A stretch of DNA of 64,000 bases from an uncultured Pelagibacteraceae bacterium. Lineage in GTDB: Bacteria > Pseudomonadota > Alphaproteobacteria > Pelagibacterales > Pelagibacteraceae. This document shows, in pieces, positions 59,674 through 64,000 of this stretch. The position numbers and the translations under genes were made by a program. Under the pieces are notes generated by a model that was given only the letters and a program-made list of their open reading frames with translations, searched no databases and was not told where the DNA came from. The stretch lies in assembly GCA_902605035.1 (NCBI GenBank), contig CACLBB010000003.1:30054-94053 (forward strand), written 5' to 3'. Each line of letters opens with the position of its first letter. Positions within the stretch are counted from its first letter, which is position 1.

Positions 59674-60801
59674 TTACGAACTCTTCCAAAATTTCTTAGC
59701 TTTCTCAAAAAAGCTTTTTATAACTGGATCGGGCTTATTCGTTTCAATTTGATTAAACTCCTCTAAAATTTCTTTTTGTCTTTTTGTTAAAGAAATTGGC
59801 ACTTGAGTAACAACTCTTATATAGAGATCTCCAAATAGATTTCTTCTTAAAATTGGCATACCTTTTCCTTTCAACCTAAATTGCTTTCCGTGTTGGGTTC
59901 CAGCTGGAATTTTTATCTTAGATTTACCGCCATCAATTGATGGTACTTGGACAGTAGTTCCTAAAGACGCATCTGAGAAAGAAACGGGCAATTCATAATA
60001 TAAATTTTCGTCCGACCTTTTGAAAATATTATGGGTCTCAATAGAAATGAATAGATAAAGATCTCCATTTGAACCCCCTTTAGATCCAGCCTCACCTTTG
60101 CCGGAAAGTCTTATTCTAGTCCCATCATCTACACCTTTAGGAATTTTTACAGTTACATTTTCATTTCCTTGAATTTTACCATTACCACTACAATTGGCGC
60201 AAGGTGTTCCAATAGTTTCCCCATAGCCATTACATTGAGGGCAAGTTTGTTGAATAGTAAAAAAGCCTTGATTCGTTCTGACTTTTCCTCTTCCTGAACA
60301 GTAATCACATTTAATAGGCTTCGAACCTTTAGCAGCACCGCTTCCAGAACATTGTGAGCATTTTTTATAAGTTGAATATTTTACGTTTTTTTCTAAACCT
60401 TTATATGCATCTTCGAGTGAAATACTGACGTCATATCTTAAATCATTTCCTCTATTACTAGTTCTTCTAGAGGAACCTCCTCCTCCAAGATCTCCAAAAA
60501 AATCTTCGAATATGTCTGAAAATGAGGAACTGTCAAACCCTCCAAAACCTTGAAAACCACCTCCGCCTCCTCCACCTTCAAATGCGGCATGTCCGAATTG
60601 ATCATAATTTGCCTTTCTTTTTTCATCTGAAAGAATGTGATAAGCTTCACTTGCTTCTTTAAACTTTTCTTCTGAAGATTTGTTGCCTTTATTTTTATCT
60701 GGATGATATTTAAGTGCTAATTTACGGTATGCTTTTTTAATATCTTCTTTAGACGCACCTCTTGGTATACCTAAGACATCATAACAATCTCTTTTAGCCA
60801 C
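59674..60801 (-). CDS. dnaJ: Chaperone DnaJ
   Basis: HPD J-domain, G/F region, four CxxCxGxG repeats. Confidence 0.99.
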   Translation of the reverse strand: MAKRDCYDVLGIPRGASKEDIKKAYRKLALKYHPDKNKGNKSSEEKFKEASEAYHILSDEKRKANYDQFGHAAFEGGGGGGGFQGFGGFDSSSFSDIFEDFFGDLGGGGSSRRTSNRGNDLRYDVSISLEDAYKGLEKNVKYSTYKKCSQCSGSGAAKGSKPIKCDYCSGRGKVRTNQGFFTIQQTCPQCNGYGETIGTPCANCSGNGKIQGNENVTVKIPKGVDDGTRIRLSGKGEAGSKGGSNGDLYLFISIETHNIFKRSDENLYYELPVSFSDASLGTTVQVPSIDGGKSKIKIPAGTQHGKQFRLKGKGMPILRRNLFGDLYIRVVTQVPISLTKRQKEILEEFNQIETNKPDPVIKSFFEKAKKFWKSS

Positions 60802-60825
60802 AGGACGTCTCCTTAATTTTTTATC

Positions 60826-62751
60826 TTAGGCGCTTTTTTCCTTGTCTTCTTTTACGTCTTCAAAATCAGCATCTACTACATTGTCTTTATCTTTATCTTC
60901 GGGATTAGAGTCTTTTTCCTCTTTAGTCTTATTTGCTTCAGGTTTTTGTTGGCTTTTATATACAGCCTCACCTAATTTCATTGAAACTTGAACTAAGCTT
61001 TGAGTTTTTTTCTTAATATCTTCTGGATCTATTCCTTCTAAAGACTTCTTAAGATCAGTTATTGCACTTTCAATGGCTTTTTTTTCGTCAGAGGAAACTT
61101 TATCACCGTGTTCTTTCAAACTTTTTTCAGTTGAGAAAACTAAACTATCAGCCTGGTTTCTTGCATCGACTGACTCTCTTTTCTTTTTATCGGCATCTTT
61201 ATTAGCTTCTGCATCTTTAACCATTTTTTGAATTTCTTCTTCTGAAAGGCCTCCAGATGCTTGAATTTGAATTTTTTGCTCTTTACCAGTTCCTTTATCT
61301 TTAGCGGAAACGTTGACTATTCCATTAGCATCTATATCGAAAGTAACCTCAATTTGCGGTGTTCCCCTCGCTGCTGGCGGTATTCCAACTAATTCAAAGT
61401 TTCCTAGAATTTTATTATCGGCAGCCATCTCTCTTTCCCCTTGAAGAACCCTGATTGAAACAGCTGGTTGATTATCTTCAGCCGTAGAAAAAACTTGGCT
61501 TTTTTTTGTAGGTATAGTTGTATTTTTATCTATTAATTTTGTTGATACCCCACCTAGAGTTTCGATTCCTAATGAGAGAGGGGTTACATCTAATAGCAAA
61601 ACATCTTTAACGTCACCTTGAAGCACTCCGCCTTGTATTGCTGCTCCCATGGCCACTACTTCGTCAGGGTTCACACTTTTGTTTGGCTCTTTACCAAAAA
61701 AGTTTTTTACTGTTTCAATAATTTTAGGCATTCTAGTCATACCGCCCACAAGTACAACTTCATTAATTTCTGCAGCAGAAAAACCAGAATCTTTTAGCGC
61801 AGTCTTACAAGGCTCTAAAGTTCTATCGACTAAGCTTTGAACTAAAGCCTCTAATTTTGCTCTAGTAAATTTTAAATTTAAATGTTTTGGACCAGTTTTA
61901 TCTGCGGTAATAAATGGCAAATTAATTTCAGTTTGAGCAGTGGATGATAATTCTATTTTAGCTTTTTCAGCTGCCTCTTTTAATCTTTGCAGTGCTAACT
62001 TGTCAGCTTTTAAATCTATACCATTATCTTTTTTGAATTCAGACACAAGATATTCTACTATTGAGTCGTCAAAATCTTCTCCGCCCAAAAAAGTATCACC
62101 ATTAGTTGACTTAACTTCGAACACTCCGTCACCAATTTCTAATATTGATATGTCAAATGTTCCACCACCTAAGTCATAAACTGCAATTTTTTTTCCACCT
62201 TTTTTGTCTAATCCATAAGCTAAGGATGCTGCTGTTGGTTCATTGATAATTCTTAAAACTTCCAAACCAGCAATTTTTCCTGCATCTTTAGTAGCTTGTC
62301 TTTGAGAATCGTTAAAATAAGCTGGAACTGTAATCACAGCTTTTGTAACAGCTTGACCTAAATACTTTTCAGCTGTTTCTTTCATTTTTTGCAAAACAAA
62401 AGCAGAAATTTGTGAAGGTGAATATTTTTTTCCTTTACCCTCTACCCACGCATCTCCATTATCTGATTTTATAATTTTATATGGAACTCTAGACACATCT
62501 TTTTGAACTGAAGGCCCGTCAAATTTTCTTCCAATAAGTCTTTTGGCAGCAAATACAGTATCACCAGCATTAGTAACCGCTTGCCTTTTTGCAGGCTGCC
62601 CAACTAATTTTTCATCATTTTCTAAAAAAGCTACTACAGAGGGAGTAGTTCTAGCTCCTTCTGTATTTTCTAAAACTTTGGCTTGTGTTCCATCCATAAT
62701 GGCTACACAAGAGTTTGTAGTTCCTAAATCTATTCCTATTACTTTGCTCAT
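60826..62751 (-). CDS. dnaK: Chaperone DnaK
   Basis: [35 protein letters not shown]. Confidence 0.99.
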   Translation of the reverse strand: MSKVIGIDLGTTNSCVAIMDGTQAKVLENTEGARTTPSVVAFLENDEKLVGQPAKRQAVTNAGDTVFAAKRLIGRKFDGPSVQKDVSRVPYKIIKSDNGDAWVEGKGKKYSPSQISAFVLQKMKETAEKYLGQAVTKAVITVPAYFNDSQRQATKDAGKIAGLEVLRIINEPTAASLAYGLDKKGGKKIAVYDLGGGTFDISILEIGDGVFEVKSTNGDTFLGGEDFDDSIVEYLVSEFKKDNGIDLKADKLALQRLKEAAEKAKIELSSTAQTEINLPFITADKTGPKHLNLKFTRAKLEALVQSLVDRTLEPCKTALKDSGFSAAEINEVVLVGGMTRMPKIIETVKNFFGKEPNKSVNPDEVVAMGAAIQGGVLQGDVKDVLLLDVTPLSLGIETLGGVSTKLIDKNTTIPTKKSQVFSTAEDNQPAVSIRVLQGEREMAADNKILGNFELVGIPPAARGTPQIEVTFDIDANGIVNVSAKDKGTGKEQKIQIQASGGLSEEEIQKMVKDAEANKDADKKKRESVDARNQADSLVFSTEKSLKEHGDKVSSDEKKAIESAITDLKKSLEGIDPEDIKKKTQSLVQVSMKLGEAVYKSQQKPEANKTKEEKDSNPEDKDKDNVVDADFEDVKEDKEKSA

Positions 62752-62780
62752 AGTTTTTTCCTTAATAATCGATAAGTTTT

Positions 62781-62808
62781 ATATGGGTGTTTTTTCTTGA
62801 TCTACAAG
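62781..62808 (-). promoter_or_regulatory. Putative RpoH (sigma32) promoter of dnaK
   Basis: Minus strand CTTG-N17-CCCATAT. Confidence 0.65.
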
Positions 62809-62809
62809 G

Positions 62810-63406
62810 CTATTTATCATCTTTTTTATCTTTTTTTCCCTGGTTTTTATTAGATTTTCTCTTAGCAACTGCTACAAGAGCTGGTCTCAACAACCTTTCT
62901 CCAATCATATATCCAGGTTGAATTTCTTGAAGAATCAAGCCAGTATCAGCTTTGTCATCTTCAATTTCAGTCATAGCCTGATGTAAATTAGGATCAAATT
63001 TTTGATTTTTTGTGTCAATTTTTTTAATTCTATTTTTTTCAAAAATAGAGACTAAATCTTTTTCTATTACAGTAATATTTTCCAGAAACTTGTCTAAATC
63101 TTTGTTGATTTTAAGAACTTCGTCATTTTTTATTGCAATTTTTGCCCTTTGTAAATTATCTAAGATAGCTAAACTATCTTTTGCAAAATTATAAGAACCG
63201 TATTCAAATGCATCTTTAATCTCTTTTTCAAACCTGCGTCTTTGATTTTCTATCTCTGCTAAAGACCTTAATAATTTATCTTCAGATTCAGCAAGTTTTT
63301 CTTCTATAGATTTTTCCTCTTTTTTTTCAGAAGTTTTAGACTTATCCTCTGTTTTGGGACTTTCTTCTATATTTTCATCAATTTTTTTTTGATTATCTTC
63401 ATTCAT
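62810..63406 (-). CDS. grpE: Nucleotide exchange factor GrpE
   Basis: LRSLAEIEN.RRR, DNLQRA, FDPNLHQAM, GY.IGERLLRPA.V. Confidence 0.97.
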   Translation of the reverse strand: MNEDNQKKIDENIEESPKTEDKSKTSEKKEEKSIEEKLAESEDKLLRSLAEIENQRRRFEKEIKDAFEYGSYNFAKDSLAILDNLQRAKIAIKNDEVLKINKDLDKFLENITVIEKDLVSIFEKNRIKKIDTKNQKFDPNLHQAMTEIEDDKADTGLILQEIQPGYMIGERLLRPALVAVAKRKSNKNQGKKDKKDDK

Positions 63407-63416
63407 ATTAATTGGT

Positions 63417-63444
63417 ATATAGGGTTAATAATTTAAAATACTAG
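63417..63444 (-). promoter_or_regulatory. Putative RpoH-type promoter of grpE
   Basis: Minus strand CTAG-N17-CCTATAT. Confidence 0.5.
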
Positions 63445-63450
63445 ACTTAA

Positions 63451-64000
63451 ATGCAAAAAATTTTAATAGGAACTCATAACAAAGGAAAATTTAAAGAATT
63501 AAGCTATCTATTGCCAAAAAAAATCAAAAAAATCTCTCCGATTAAACTAAAGATAAAGAGTCCTAAAGAAACTGGTAAAACATTTGTCCAAAATGCTAAA
63601 TTAAAAGCAAAATATTTTTCAGGGTTCACTAAACTACCAGTAATTTCAGACGACTCTGGATTATGTATTGAGGCTTTAAATGGCAAACCAGGAATTTTAT
63701 CAGCTAGATGGGCAAAAAAATATGGAAGTTTTAGAAAAGCTATGAAAGTAATACTTAAAAAGATTAAAAATAAAAAAAACAGGTCTGCAACATTTGTTTG
63801 CAGTTTATCTTTTATTAATTCTAGAGGAAAGATATTTACAGTTGTAGGAAAAATTAAAGGCTCTATATCATTCAAAATGATTGGAAATAGAGGTTTTGGA
63901 TATGATCCTATATTTATACCAAATTCAAAACTAATTACTTTTGGCCAAATGTACAAGTATAAAAAGATAAAGATCGATCACAGATATATAGCTTTTAAAA
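63451..64000 (+). CDS. rdgB: Non-canonical purine NTP pyrophosphatase RdgB/HAM1, truncated by window end
   Basis: Manual translation from ATG 63451: MQKILIGTHNKGKFKE...ETGKTF..NAKLKA...SDDSGL.IEALNG.PGI.SARW...GFGYDPIF. Confidence 0.93.
   Translation, partial: MQKILIGTHNKGKFKELSYLLPKKIKKISPIKLKIKSPKETGKTFVQNAKLKAKYFSGFTKLPVISDDSGLCIEALNGKPGILSARWAKKYGSFRKAMKVILKKIKNKKNRSATFVCSLSFINSRGKIFTVVGKIKGSISFKMIGNRGFGYDPIFIPNSKLITFGQMYKYKKIKIDHRYIAFK

Noticed and set aside
63504-63956. 150-aa minus-strand ORF in the track
   Set aside because: Antisense shadow of rdgB, which is clearly encoded on the + strand from 63451.

Overview
Very AT-rich, gene-dense alphaproteobacterial chromosome segment. The streamlining, gene order and porin type point to SAR11/Pelagibacter; this is inferred, not database-checked. 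About 1-21 kb is an accessory surface-structure island. It holds a divergently arranged type IVa pilus locus (pilC-pilB-pilQ-pilP-pilO-pilMN on -, pilT, four minor pilins, an orphan gene and pilY1 on +), two autotransporter adhesins, pilD and a GT17 glycosyltransferase. About 22-64 kb is the conserved origin-proximal core: rho, hemJHE, probable oriC, ppsR-maf-aroE-coaE-dnaQ, secB, hslUV, his genes, ftsK/lolA, mnmE-mnmG-rsmG(parS)-parAB, holA-lptE-leuS, porin, yggS, a CenR-like regulator, nth, dapB, dnaJK-grpE and rdgB. The most striking observation is the first gene of the left pilus operon. It encodes a PilM-PilN fusion whose N-terminus resembles the arm-type DNA-binding domain of tyrosine integrases. 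The intergenic region directly upstream carries nine copies (7 exact, 2 one-mismatch) of TTGTGTTAGA, some in helical phase and some overlapping the predicted promoter. Together these suggest a DNA-binding, membrane-anchored pilus component with a cognate site array. Three small ORFs missing from the ORF track were also found: an ArfA-like peptide, a basic peptide in the his operon and a 2-TM peptide. No tRNA, rRNA, CRISPR array or transposase was recognised.
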